A stretch of DNA of 64,000 bases from NCBI GenBank assembly GCA_040222015.1, contig JAVJWO010000130.1:32001-96000 (forward strand). Direction: 5' to 3'. Shown piece after piece: positions 39,387 through 49,742 of this stretch (its first letter is position 1; the number at the start of each line of letters is the position of its first letter). The DNA is from Coleofasciculus chthonoplastes F2-STO-03 (GTDB lineage Bacteria > Cyanobacteriota > Cyanobacteriia > Cyanobacteriales > Coleofasciculaceae). Under the pieces are notes generated by a model. That model saw only the letters and a program-made list of their open reading frames with translations. It had not been told where the DNA came from and did not search any database. The translations under genes were made by a program, and so were the position numbers.

Positions 39387-39654
39387 GAATGGACTGGCAT
39401 GACTGAATTTTGCAAAAAGCGGCACGTTGCCGTTTTTATTGTTGCATAAGTGGGTGAGTTTAAACTCATGCCTTGCGCTTTCTTTGTTTTCAAAAAAAAC
39501 CTATCTCTTTCCCCTCTTGCCTTGTGCCTTGTGTTTTGTGCCTTTTTCCCAGGTTGCTGTGTTGACGACCCAAATGAAAACACTATACTAGGTTGGCAGA
39601 ATTGGCTGATTAAAAATTTCTGTGGGCAAGGCTAATGTACAACAAAATAATTAC

Positions 39655-39670
39655 TGTATAATTAACTACA
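39655..39670. promoter_or_regulatory. NtcA-box candidate
   Basis: TGTA-TAATTAAC-TACA. On the minus strand a TAGCCT (TAN3T) follows after 21 nt. Confidence 0.55.
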
Positions 39671-39775
39671 AAAAAATAACTTATATTTAATGGATAAGTT
39701 TTTTAATGTTAAATACTGTAAATAAACGTATCCCCACTGTTAACTTTAACTTTTCCGACTTCCTTAACAGCTTAG

Positions 39776-41926
39776 TCAAGCGCCGATGGCTTGCCGTAAC
39801 CATTGAACTCGACCCAATTGTTTCGTTTTATGGCTCAGAGTTATCGGGATTTCAATCACAAACTCTGTGCCGATACCCACTTGAGAATTACAGGTAATTT
39901 TTCCTTTGTGTTTCTCAATAATTTGATAACTTACAGCTAATCCCAATCCTGTCCCTTGTCCTACAGGTTTTGTGGTGAAAAACGGTTCAAACAAATGCTC
40001 TTGCAAATGAGCAGGAATACCTAAACCATTATCGCAAATCCGAATAATCACCGTTGAGTTTAACTCAGCTATTTCCGTACTAATCCCAATCTGAGGGATA
40101 AAAGAATCATTCTGCTGGCTTTTTTCTTCTAACGCCTCAATCGCATTACTGAGAACATTAATAAACACTTGATTGAGTTGACCTGGATAACATTCCACTT
40201 TAGGTAACATCGCCAATTCTTTATTCACTTCAATAACCGCTTGATGGGGCTTTTTGTGGAAGCGATTCTGTAAAAGTATCAAGGTACTCTCCAACCTCTG
40301 ATTTAAATCAGTTGTCTTCATCTGGGCTTCATTCAGGTGGGAAAAATGCTGGAGCGATCGCACAATTTGCTGAATCCGGGCGACCCCTTCTCGAATCGAG
40401 TTGAGGGCTTTGGGAAAGTCTGTCCTGAGAAAGTCAAGCTCAACCGCTTCCATTTGCTCTTGAATCGGGGCAACAGGGTGAGGATAATACTGTTGATAGA
40501 GATCAATCAATTTGAGCAAATCAAACCCATATTGATGGGCAAAGCTAACATTTCCGGCAATAAAGCTCATGGGATTATTAATCTCATGAGCAATACCCGC
40601 CACTAACTGTCCCAAGGATGCCATTTTTTTTGTTTGTACCAATTGTGCTTGGGCATTTTTAAGTTCACACAAGGCAAGTTCTAACTGATACGCTTTTTTC
40701 CGTTCCCGCGCTTCTGACTCTCGCAAAGCGTCCTCCGCTTGTCTGCGATCGCTAATATCCCGATGAGTCCCTGTCATCCTTACCGGGTTCCCCGCTTTAT
40801 CCCACTCAAAGACTTTACCACGAGACAGAATCCACTTCCATTCGCCCGTTTTACATCGCATCCGGAATTCGACTTCATAGGCAGGAATTAGCCGATCAAG
40901 ATAAGCATTTAATCCGGCTTTCACTCTCGATAAATCCTCAGGATGCACCAATTGTTCAAACGCCTGAAAATTATCGTCAATTTCCTCTGGTTCATACCCC
41001 AGCATCCCTTTCCACTGGGGATTAAAATAAATATCTCCAGTGATTAATTGCCAATCCCACAACCCCAAATCACTACCGGATAACGCCATTTGCAGTCGTT
41101 CTTCGGAAATGCGTAAGGCGGATTGAGTTAAAACCTGTTCCGTAATATCATTCAGGGTTCCTGTGGTTCCAGAAACCGTACCATCGGCGGCAAAATTTGT
41201 CCGTGCATGTACCTCTAACCAACGAATGTCACCCGATTTTGTCAGATAGCGTACTGTAGGGCGACAGGATTGTTGAACTCCAGTAATCAGTTCATCAAAG
41301 TTGTCTCGCCCCTTTTGTAAGTCATCCGGATGAATACCATTTAAAAATGATGTCCCGATACTTTCAGCGATGGCAAACCCCGTAATTTCTGTCCAAGCCC
41401 GATTTAGAAATGTCCAATGTTCCTGGGTATCGGTTTGGAAAATGACTTCTTTGACATTATCGATAACTGAACAATATTTTTCCTGATTCAACCGTTGAGA
41501 TTCTTGGCGTTGCTGATTGTCAATAGCATAACGCAATGCCCGAATTAAGCGATAAACTTTGAGATTTTCCGTTACCTGATCATCCGGTGTCCCCGCTTGG
41601 ATAACTTGCAGAGTTAAGGGTTCATCCGCGTTAGCCCTTAATCCGAGAATTGGCAGAGTTAAGCCCAACTGTTTGATCTGAGTAACCGTATCGAAAACGT
41701 GCGAATCAGCGTTGGACAGATGGACAACGACAAGATCGAACGCTTCCTGACTTAATCGGGTTAGGGCTTGACAACTCTGCCTAACTTGTTGGATAATAAA
41801 TGAATATCTAATTTCAGAAAATAATCCTTCTCCCAGCAGTTTTATCGTTTGGTAACCATCTTCGACGATGAGAACCTTCAGCGATATAGGGTTGGGGTTT
41901 TGCGTAGGTTCGAGTACCGATAACAT
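39776..41926 (-). CDS. Pseudo-REC-PAS-PAS histidine kinase (NtrB-like H-box)
   Basis: N-terminal receiver-like segment with DLVVVHLS at the phospho-Asp position, two PAS domains, AGIAHEINNP, PFFTTKPVGQGTGLGL. Confidence 0.9.
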   Translation of the reverse strand: MLSVLEPTQNPNPISLKVLIVEDGYQTIKLLGEGLFSEIRYSFIIQQVRQSCQALTRLSQEAFDLVVVHLSNADSHVFDTVTQIKQLGLTLPILGLRANADEPLTLQVIQAGTPDDQVTENLKVYRLIRALRYAIDNQQRQESQRLNQEKYCSVIDNVKEVIFQTDTQEHWTFLNRAWTEITGFAIAESIGTSFLNGIHPDDLQKGRDNFDELITGVQQSCRPTVRYLTKSGDIRWLEVHARTNFAADGTVSGTTGTLNDITEQVLTQSALRISEERLQMALSGSDLGLWDWQLITGDIYFNPQWKGMLGYEPEEIDDNFQAFEQLVHPEDLSRVKAGLNAYLDRLIPAYEVEFRMRCKTGEWKWILSRGKVFEWDKAGNPVRMTGTHRDISDRRQAEDALRESEARERKKAYQLELALCELKNAQAQLVQTKKMASLGQLVAGIAHEINNPMSFIAGNVSFAHQYGFDLLKLIDLYQQYYPHPVAPIQEQMEAVELDFLRTDFPKALNSIREGVARIQQIVRSLQHFSHLNEAQMKTTDLNQRLESTLILLQNRFHKKPHQAVIEVNKELAMLPKVECYPGQLNQVFINVLSNAIEALEEKSQQNDSFIPQIGISTEIAELNSTVIIRICDNGLGIPAHLQEHLFEPFFTTKPVGQGTGLGLAVSYQIIEKHKGKITCNSQVGIGTEFVIEIPITLSHKTKQLGRVQWLRQAIGA

Positions 41927-42271
41927 AAGATTTGCCTAAAAACTTGTTTCTACTAAGTTTGACTGTTATTTAAGAGGGAAAAACATGCTGTAGCAAATTC
42001 AGCTATGACAGTTTATCAACTGAACTACAGTTGGCACACCTACTCTGGTTATAATTTCTATTCAGAATGCTTTCAAAGCTCTGCCAATTTATTCAAATCC
42101 AGATAAATTATCGAAGTTGTGATTTCATGATAGTTAGGGATTCGGTGATCAATTCATATTTTTAATATTAATTTAATTTATACTTAATATAAGTTCAAAC
42201 TATAAAGATCCTATTCGTTGTTCGTTGTCATTTATCCAGGGTAATTGACTAGAGGATTCGCTACCGCTCAG

Positions 42272-42340
42272 TTGATACTTTGGTCGGCATTCCCCACCCG
42301 TTAACCCTTACGGGTATAACGGGCGCCCCCTGCTGACATT
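42272..42340 (+). mobile_element. Solo IS200/IS605-like end remnant
   Basis: TTGAT followed by an imperfect hairpin CCCGTTA-ACCC-TTAC-GGGT-A-TAACGGG; no transposase nearby. Confidence 0.4.
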
Positions 42341-42373
42341 AAGTTGGATGTGGTGCGATCGCGCTCGTCGGGT

Positions 42374-42416
42374 CATAAGGTGAAGGGAAGCTCCCCCAGC
42401 TTCCCTTCACCTTATG
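42374..42416 (-). terminator. 19-bp perfect hairpin immediately after the GATase-like stop
   Basis: CATAAGGTGAAGGGAAGCT-CCCCC-AGCTTCCCTTCACCTTATG; no U-tract. Confidence 0.6.
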
Positions 42417-42417
42417 C

Positions 42418-43833
42418 TTATTCCTGCATCCCAGAATACAAGAGTCGGGCAAATAAACGAGCGCCATCATCATGCTTTAACTCATCATAAGTGGGAGGTT
42501 CCCGGTGACTAATATCCCGCAGATCCTGAAGCAGTTCTGGATGGAATTGACAGGTAAATGAACGGCGAATCAGTTTGCTCTCGAAATCTTTGTAGTTAAT
42601 ACAGGTTGCTGAACATTCTGTCACCACTTCTGTCTCGTCAGCCGTTGAGCAAAGAATTTCCACCGCAAAGGGAAGCTGCATTAACCAAGACAAAGGACTC
42701 CCAGCTAAAATATGCCGATGGGAGATAATTGCATCATGAAGCAGTCGATATGCCCAGTTTGCAAATAGAATGGCTTCCTCATTCACTTCATCAGAGTGGA
42801 ACATGGAAATATTCAATTCATGTTCATACTCAATCGACGTATCGATCACCCCTTCAAATTCATCAGCCGTCACCTCATGGGCGATAATTACGTCTTCGGG
42901 AATGTCAGACGTGTCGCTATCCGGAGATTCATAATGCAACAATTGACGATAGCCCACTTCTTTCTTTTCATTGGGACCGACAGCAAATTCAGGATCATCC
43001 CAGTTTTCGGCAACCAGGTGTCCATTTTTCTTCTTCACCTGTAACGTACTACCCACCTGTTGAATCTGCTGGCAGACTTTTTTCAAAGATTTTAGGGCTT
43101 TGCCCTTGCGATCGCGTGCCAGATGCTCTAGGCTAAATACCTCATCCACTGCTCGTTTAATTAAACGAATGTGAGATTGTGCCGCCAATTGATGTCCCAA
43201 ACAGATAAATAAAGCTGGCGCACTGGTAGGCGATCGCGAAAGCAGCAGTTTATCGGTGAATGTATGGAGATCCTCCAGGGAACATTTGGCATCGTTAAAG
43301 GTGCTAGCATCGCGCACCGACGGATTACCCCCTTCCACAACCACCGCTAATCCTGACGTTATGATCGGCACAACTAACTCTGGATCAAGCATACCCGATG
43401 ACCAAAACGGGAACAGCAGTGAATCACAATCCGCGATTTTTTGCGCCAGATACGCCACATTCAGCGAAGCCCGAACATTTTCTCCCATTGGATTACAGCC
43501 GACATGTTCCCAGGGTTCGATCACCGCGATCGCATTGCGAAATAAGTTCGGATGCTTCATCAGGAAGTCTAAATCTTCCTGAGAATTAATCACCTTTTCC
43601 AACGGTAGTCCTTTGCCCCATTCAAAACCTTCGTTTTCCGTCGTCATGGATACGTCAGGTAAGGGATCTTCTGAATGGCGATCGGCTAAAAACCGACCCA
43701 ACAAAATGTGAACGGATTCAAAATCAGATCCCCCTTCACACAAGTAACCCGGTCTAAGTCTCCAATCATTGGTTGTTAATGTTTGAGGTTTAACAGACGA
43801 TGAGTTTGACATAAAGGATAATGAGTTCGACAT
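42418..43833 (-). CDS. Divergent class I glutamine amidotransferase-like protein
   Basis: VEGGNPS oxyanion-like loop, nucleophile elbow FICLGHQL, FHSDEV, CQFHPEL (Cys-His-Glu triad), with long insertions. Confidence 0.78.
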   Translation of the reverse strand: MSNSLSFMSNSSSVKPQTLTTNDWRLRPGYLCEGGSDFESVHILLGRFLADRHSEDPLPDVSMTTENEGFEWGKGLPLEKVINSQEDLDFLMKHPNLFRNAIAVIEPWEHVGCNPMGENVRASLNVAYLAQKIADCDSLLFPFWSSGMLDPELVVPIITSGLAVVVEGGNPSVRDASTFNDAKCSLEDLHTFTDKLLLSRSPTSAPALFICLGHQLAAQSHIRLIKRAVDEVFSLEHLARDRKGKALKSLKKVCQQIQQVGSTLQVKKKNGHLVAENWDDPEFAVGPNEKKEVGYRQLLHYESPDSDTSDIPEDVIIAHEVTADEFEGVIDTSIEYEHELNISMFHSDEVNEEAILFANWAYRLLHDAIISHRHILAGSPLSWLMQLPFAVEILCSTADETEVVTECSATCINYKDFESKLIRRSFTCQFHPELLQDLRDISHREPPTYDELKHDDGARLFARLLYSGMQE

Positions 43834-43834
43834 C

Positions 43835-43927
43835 TATAGTGTTTTCAGATGATTCGTTTACAGCCGCAGCACTGAAAGCTTTACTGGGCAAGGGTTGCTT
43901 CTTTACATTTCAAATAAAAACGCTATA
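43835..43927. mobile_element. 93-bp MITE-like repeat, copy 2, abutting the GATase start codon
   Basis: Highly similar to 11021-11113; begins 1 nt from the ATG at 43833. Confidence 0.75.
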
Positions 43928-43959
43928 GATAGATCTGGGTCTTTAACAGGCTTTTTTCT

Positions 43960-44480
43960 AGTCTACTTATCAACGAGTGACCCTGGTATTTGGCTCTATA
44001 GAGCGTTTTAAATGAGAGGCAAGAAACCCTGAAGACAATTCACTAATAAGGCTTTACCACCTTTTTGCGTTTACAAATCATTTGTAAACGCTGTATGATT
44101 TTGTCAATCGATTGTCTAGCTGTGAAGTCGAAATCAATATCTTAATATTTTTATCATATTCGTTAGTGAAAGTCAATTCCTATTCTCAACATTCAAATTA
44201 ACTAAAAAAACTGTAGTCTTCACTACAAAAAGCTTCTTGTGCAAAAAATTCAGCCCTTTTTTGTTTACAAATGATTTGTAAAAGTCATGGCGTTTGGCAA
44301 GTCAATATGTCTAGCTTTTTTTACATATTCGTCATTGCAATTCTAGCTCACTTGTTAGCGAGTGACCCTGGCACTATCCTGCATAGTGTTTACAAATGAG
44401 ATGTAAGAAACCTTGAAATTAATACAAACAAAGGCTTTCAGTTATCATTTTTAGTTTACAACTGATTTGTAAAAACCATA
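43960..44480. repeat. Diverged triplication with ~190-bp period
   Basis: Palindrome TTTACAA(A/C)T(C/G)ATTTGTAAA at 44070, 44264 and 44455; GAGTGACCCTGG at 43975 and 44360. Confidence 0.7.
44212..44227. promoter_or_regulatory. NtcA-box candidate between the divergent GATase-like gene and amt
   Basis: TGTA-GTCTTCAC-TACA, an exact GTA-N8-TAC with extended palindromy, next to nitrogen genes. Confidence 0.7.
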
Positions 44481-45074
44481 CAACGCTATTCCTCTTCAAA
44501 AAAAAAGCATGAAAACGCTTGTTTTTTGGGTCTATATCTCTTAAGATAGGTTTTTCTGTAAAGGTAAATGAGGTAAATCACGATAGATTCAACTTAGGAC
44601 TAGTTTCATACCTTTAAGGTTTTTAGAAGGTTCTTAGGGTCAATGGCACGCTCATTAAGCATTGTGAGATAGCCAAAACCTTTGATATGCCGTAGGGTGG
44701 GTTTCGACTTCGCTCAACCCACCAGACTTAAGTCAGTGACATTCTTCTTAGGTTAGTGAAGTGTTTGTATAGAAAACTTAAGTTGTACACATCTAGGTAT
44801 AAACGGCTTCGTCCCTATTTGGGGCGTTGACAAGTTATCTGAGTCAGAGGTAAGGCGTTAAGTCAAGACTATCGATTTAAGTGATTATTTTTGGATTCAG
44901 GTTAACAAAGGACAATAGAACAACTTGCCTGAAATTCACAAACTTTTACAATGAATAGCTTGAACATCAAGTATTCTATTTAATTATCTCTTTGCAAATG
45001 GAGATAAATTTGTTCATAAGTTCAAAATTCACTTTGCTAAATTTTGAATTTTGTTTTAAGGTAATGTATTCTCA

Positions 45075-46625
45075 ATGGAAGGAAGAAAAACCCCAAGGCT
45101 AATCGAAACTATGAAATCTCAGTCGATACCTGAAATCCTCAAAAACAGAAGGATTTCCCTACCCAAAACACAAACATTAAGTAGAGTTGTCCAGAAAATC
45201 TCTCCGGCTTGGTTAGGTTGTATTCCCCTAGCCGCTATCATCACCGTCCTTTGGCATAGTGCTGCTGATGCCCAAACCGGAGGTGGTGTTTATCTGGAAC
45301 GGCAAATTGAGGATGTCGCCACCAGTCTTGACCAACTCCAAGGATTTATCAACGTAGGATTTGTGTTGTTTGCCACAACATTGGTGGTGTTTATGAATGC
45401 TGGCTTCGGGATGCTCGAAGTGGGTATGTGCCGCCAAAAAAATGCGGTGAATATTCTCACGAAAAACTTGGTTGTTTTCGGGATTGCGATTCTGGCTTAT
45501 TGGAGCATCGGCTTCTCTTTCATGTTTGGCGCACAAGGCAATTCCTTCATTGGTTGGGGTGGCTTTTTCTTAAGCAGTGGTGATTCAGCCACTTATGGGT
45601 TGTCGCCCTTTCCCGAAAACTTACCTGTTGGCATTTTCTTTCTCTTTCAAGCCGCATTCGCTGCGACTGCTGCCACCATTGTTTCCGGTGCAGTTGCAGA
45701 ACGCATTCGCTTAGATGCCTTCCTCATTTTCAGCTTCCTGATTATCACCAGCTATACGATATCGGGTCACTGGGCTTGGGGAAGTGGCGGTTGGCTCCAA
45801 GAAATGGGTTTCACCGATTTTGCTGGGACGACAGTCGTTCACTCTTGTGGAGCTTGGGCTGCACTCGTGGGAGCGATAATGCTTGGTCCTCGGATTGGCA
45901 AATACAATGCGGATGGTTCAGCCAATACAATTGCTGCTCATAACTTCAGCCTTGCTACACTCGGAGCTTTAATTTTGTGGCTGGGTTGGTTTGGCTTTAA
46001 TCCTGGCTCACAACTCGCTTTAGATTCTAAAGTGTCCCATATTGCCATTACCACGAACTTAGCCGGTTCTACTGGTGCTGTGGTTGCCTTGATTGTCTGT
46101 TGGATTAAAGATAACAAAAAGGTGGACTTGGGCATGGTGATCAACGGTTTATTAGCCGGTCTAGTCGCCATCACGGGTGTCTGTAATGATTGCTCCTTCG
46201 CCGCTGCTATCATAATTGGAGCCATTGGCGGTGTGTTGGTGGTGTTTTCAGTTGGCTTCTTTGACTCCATCAAGATTGATGATCCCGTAGGAGCTATCTC
46301 TGTCCACTTAGTCAATGGGGCTTGGGGAACGCTTGCTGTCGGTATATTTGGCAGTAATGCAGGTTTCCAGCAAATCATGGTTCAGCTAGTGGGAATTGTC
46401 GCGATTGGTGCTTTTAGCGCTGTGATGTCAACCATCTTCTGGTTAGCCCTGAAAGCAACGATTGGGATTCGTGTTCACGAACATGAAGAAATCGAAGGCT
46501 TGGATCTGAGCGAACATGGTCAAGTTGCCTACGCTGGCTTTGCCCTCCTGGATGAGGAGGCTACGGGTGAAGCCCAACACCTAGATCATGTCCATGAACA
46601 TGATCCAAAAGCCAGCTTATCTTAA
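45075..46625 (+). CDS. amt: Ammonium transporter (Amt family)
   Basis: [50 protein letters not shown] (twin His intact), GLDLSEHG. Confidence 0.96.
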   Translation: MEGRKTPRLIETMKSQSIPEILKNRRISLPKTQTLSRVVQKISPAWLGCIPLAAIITVLWHSAADAQTGGGVYLERQIEDVATSLDQLQGFINVGFVLFATTLVVFMNAGFGMLEVGMCRQKNAVNILTKNLVVFGIAILAYWSIGFSFMFGAQGNSFIGWGGFFLSSGDSATYGLSPFPENLPVGIFFLFQAAFAATAATIVSGAVAERIRLDAFLIFSFLIITSYTISGHWAWGSGGWLQEMGFTDFAGTTVVHSCGAWAALVGAIMLGPRIGKYNADGSANTIAAHNFSLATLGALILWLGWFGFNPGSQLALDSKVSHIAITTNLAGSTGAVVALIVCWIKDNKKVDLGMVINGLLAGLVAITGVCNDCSFAAAIIIGAIGGVLVVFSVGFFDSIKIDDPVGAISVHLVNGAWGTLAVGIFGSNAGFQQIMVQLVGIVAIGAFSAVMSTIFWLALKATIGIRVHEHEEIEGLDLSEHGQVAYAGFALLDEEATGEAQHLDHVHEHDPKASLS

Positions 46626-46722
46626 GTCCTGATTGATGTTAGTTCGGCTGGCTATGGACAGCTAAACAGAAAAGCGGAGACTCAATGGGGAATTCTCAGT
46701 CTTAAGGCTGAAAACTATCCTA

Positions 46723-48009
46723 ATGGCAACGGCTGTCTCCGGCTCTCTTTTAGCTTTATCCAACTCACGGTGCAGTCGAGGAGTTGGTGACATGAATAAA
46801 CCACTAATGAATTTCAGACAATCCATGAGATCCCAGTCATCCTGTGGTTTCTTTGCCCTATTGATCCTTTGTGTTCAACAATCCTCACCCTTCAAGATTC
46901 TCCGATGCCTCGATCTAACCAATCCTTTTACCACTGGGTTAGCTGTCGCATGGCTGATCGCGATTCCGACTGGGGTTTCAGCCGAACCCTTGCCGGTTAA
47001 AACTCAGCGTGTAGGTGTCGTCGGTGCTGCCCCCTTTGTTGTTCGCGAAGATACGAAGCTATCGGGCATTAGTGTAGAAATTTGGAGTAAGATCGCTAGA
47101 TCCAAAGGGATAGAGTACCAACTCATTCCCCAGTCTAATGTCCAGGCAACCCTAGATGCGATCGCCAAAGGTGACTTGGATATGGCAATTGGTCCAATTA
47201 GTATTACAGCCAAGCGCCTAGAAGAGAACATTGAATTTACTCAGCCCTATTTCCTATCGGAGATTAGCGTTTTAACTTCCAGTCAAGAACCCACCGCTTG
47301 GAGTCGCATCAAGCCTTTTTTTGGGACGGCAGTCTTGACCTCTATTGGTATCTTGATTGTGCTGCTGTTCACAGTGGGGAATCTAATTTGGTTAGTGGAA
47401 CGAAATCATAACAGTGAACACTTTCCCAAAGATTATCTTCATGGTGTCGGCAATGGGATGTGGTTTGCTTTGGTGACTCTGACGACAGTTGGCTATGGCG
47501 ATCGCACCCCGGTCACTCGCCTGGGTCGTTTTATTGCCGGAAGTTGGATGGTTGTCACCTTAGTAACGGTATCTTCTCTAACCGCAGGACTCGCATCGGC
47601 ATTTACCTTTGCGTTTTCCGGGTTGTCTACTGAGCGCATTCGTGATGCATCCGACCTCAAAAATGCTCGCGTCGTCGTCATTAAAGGCTCATCCAGTATC
47701 GTCCAAGCCCAGAAACACCAAGCTCGGATTGAAACCGTATCAAGTCTAGCTGATGGTGTGGAATTAGTTGCCACAGGTCGTGCAGATGCCATGACATTTG
47801 ACCGTCCAGCAATGGAGTACTACATCAATCAACATCCCAATCTGGATGTCAAAGTGGCGTCCTTTGCCTTAACCACGGAGCTATACGGTTTTGCTTTACC
47901 AGTCAATAGTCCTCTGATGCACGATCTGAATATCGAATTACTACGCCTATCTGAAACGGGTGAAGTACAAGACATTTTAGATCGCTGGCTTTATGCAAAA
48001 CAAGAATAG
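46723..48009 (+). CDS. GluR0-type ligand-gated potassium channel (true start probably downstream)
   Basis: Split SBP-3 domain (APFV, GPISITAKR..FTQPY; FDRP..YGFAL) around a TM-pore-TM core with TTVGYGD. Confidence 0.9.
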   Translation: MATAVSGSLLALSNSRCSRGVGDMNKPLMNFRQSMRSQSSCGFFALLILCVQQSSPFKILRCLDLTNPFTTGLAVAWLIAIPTGVSAEPLPVKTQRVGVVGAAPFVVREDTKLSGISVEIWSKIARSKGIEYQLIPQSNVQATLDAIAKGDLDMAIGPISITAKRLEENIEFTQPYFLSEISVLTSSQEPTAWSRIKPFFGTAVLTSIGILIVLLFTVGNLIWLVERNHNSEHFPKDYLHGVGNGMWFALVTLTTVGYGDRTPVTRLGRFIAGSWMVVTLVTVSSLTAGLASAFTFAFSGLSTERIRDASDLKNARVVVIKGSSSIVQAQKHQARIETVSSLADGVELVATGRADAMTFDRPAMEYYINQHPNLDVKVASFALTTELYGFALPVNSPLMHDLNIELLRLSETGEVQDILDRWLYAKQE

Positions 48010-48132
48010 CCCTGAGAGTAACACTCTCCCACGTAGTCAAGACAGATTTTGAGATTAATCTTGAGCAACAGTAGCCAAACCCAAATTCCTCAAATCTGCC
48101 CCAGCATTCCTTAAAACTCACCACGAATATTC

Positions 48133-49590
48133 ATGAGCAAGAAGAACAAATTCAATTGGCTAGTTTCAATTGCCGCGATCGCCTTAATCGGCACTGGCAC
48201 GACTGGGTGTTCTATCCTCGAATCTCCTTTTAAAGCTGATGCTCAAGATGGCACCACAACGTCCACAGCGTCAGATCTACCCCGTTTCAGTAGCGGAGAA
48301 ATTCGGTTGTTTTCGGCAAGAAATAACCCCGATATTGATAACCCTGACTTAATCAGCGGGATTAATGCGTTTGCTCAAGGGGAATACGAAGCAGCATCCG
48401 AGCTATTTGCCGCGGCGGTCGAGAATAAACCCCAAGATCCTGAAGCCCAGATTTATCTCAACAATGCTCAAGCACGGACATCCAATACTGACACTTATAT
48501 TCTGGGAGTAGCGGTTCCAGTCGGCAAGCGGATGCAAGCGTCCCGAGAAATCCTCAGAGGTGTTGCCAATGCCCAAACGGAATTTAACCAAGCGGGTGGG
48601 GCTGATGGGCGTTTGTTAGAAGTCGTTATCGTTAACGATGACAACGATCCAGAAGTTGCGGTTGAAGTGGCACAGGGAGTGATTGAGCAATATCCCAATC
48701 TCCTAGGTATCGTTGGGCATAACGATAGTGATATCAGTCAAGCGGTTACGGATATTTACTGTCCGGCGAATGTGGCGATGGTTTCCCCCACGAGTACCAG
48801 TACTGAACTTTCTGGGGACTGTTTCTTTAGAACCGTTCCCTCTGACCAAGAATCGGCTGATCGATTAGCCAACTACATTGCCCAAAGTAACGTCACTGAT
48901 CCCGTTGTCTTCTACTCCTCAAATAGTAGCTACAGTCGCAGTCTCAAAGAAGCTTTTGAGCAGGAAACGACTCTGGAAGAAGTCGCCGCTAGTGATCTGT
49001 CCCAAAGTGCTTTCAATGCTAGTCCTGAAGTGCGAAAATATGTACAAAGAGGAGCAAAAGCTGCCCTACTTTTCCCGAGTACTACCGGGACTGCACGCGC
49101 GATCGCAGTGGCTAGAGTTAATGCTTCCTTAGATCCCAATCAGCAAATGCAGATCATTGGCAATGATGCCTTATACTCCGATGAAACTTTAAAACTTGGG
49201 AAACAAGCCGTTGAAGGGATGGTTCTGACTGCGCCTTGGTATCCCAATACCTCCTATGCTCAACAGGCGGCAGAACGTTGGAACACTGAGGTCAGTTGGC
49301 GCACAGCTTACAGCTATGATGCAGCTAAAGCGTTACTGGCTGCCATCGAAACCGCTGATTCTCGTGAAGGGGTTTTACAAGCCTTGCGTGAAGTGAGTTT
49401 GCCAGCCAGTGAAACGGCGGGAGATGAACTCACGTTTGATGCTGAAGGGAATCGGGTAGGAGCATCGGTTCAGCTGGTCAAGATCGTTCCCGCAACGCCT
49501 ACACCAGATCCTAGTGAGTCTAGCACACCCGAAGAGTCACCCAGTTCAGCGACACCAACGACAGAATTTAAGTTTGAACTCTTGAAGTAA
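48133..49590 (+). CDS. Lipoprotein with TPR-like segment and branched-chain amino-acid type binding domain
   Basis: Lipobox TTGC, DPEAQIYLNNA, LRGVANAQ, GIVGHN, SPTSTS, FFRTVPSD, SYDA; no permease nearby. Confidence 0.85.
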   Translation: MSKKNKFNWLVSIAAIALIGTGTTGCSILESPFKADAQDGTTTSTASDLPRFSSGEIRLFSARNNPDIDNPDLISGINAFAQGEYEAASELFAAAVENKPQDPEAQIYLNNAQARTSNTDTYILGVAVPVGKRMQASREILRGVANAQTEFNQAGGADGRLLEVVIVNDDNDPEVAVEVAQGVIEQYPNLLGIVGHNDSDISQAVTDIYCPANVAMVSPTSTSTELSGDCFFRTVPSDQESADRLANYIAQSNVTDPVVFYSSNSSYSRSLKEAFEQETTLEEVAASDLSQSAFNASPEVRKYVQRGAKAALLFPSTTGTARAIAVARVNASLDPNQQMQIIGNDALYSDETLKLGKQAVEGMVLTAPWYPNTSYAQQAAERWNTEVSWRTAYSYDAAKALLAAIETADSREGVLQALREVSLPASETAGDELTFDAEGNRVGASVQLVKIVPATPTPDPSESSTPEESPSSATPTTEFKFELLK

Positions 49591-49742
49591 GGCTCTTCCT
49601 TGGTCACAAGGCTATTGACTTGACGACTGTCCTGAACACGAAAGAGAATAACACTCTTTCGTGACCAGAATTTCTCAATCATCTATAGCACTACGCACTA
49701 AGGTTAGGACACTTCTCAAGCTACTATAGTTTAAAAAATCCT

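Noticed and set aside
39326..39635. Short ORFs upstream of the REC-PAS kinase
   Set aside because: They overlap low-complexity TTGCC/TTGTG repeats and the promoter region; no coding signal.
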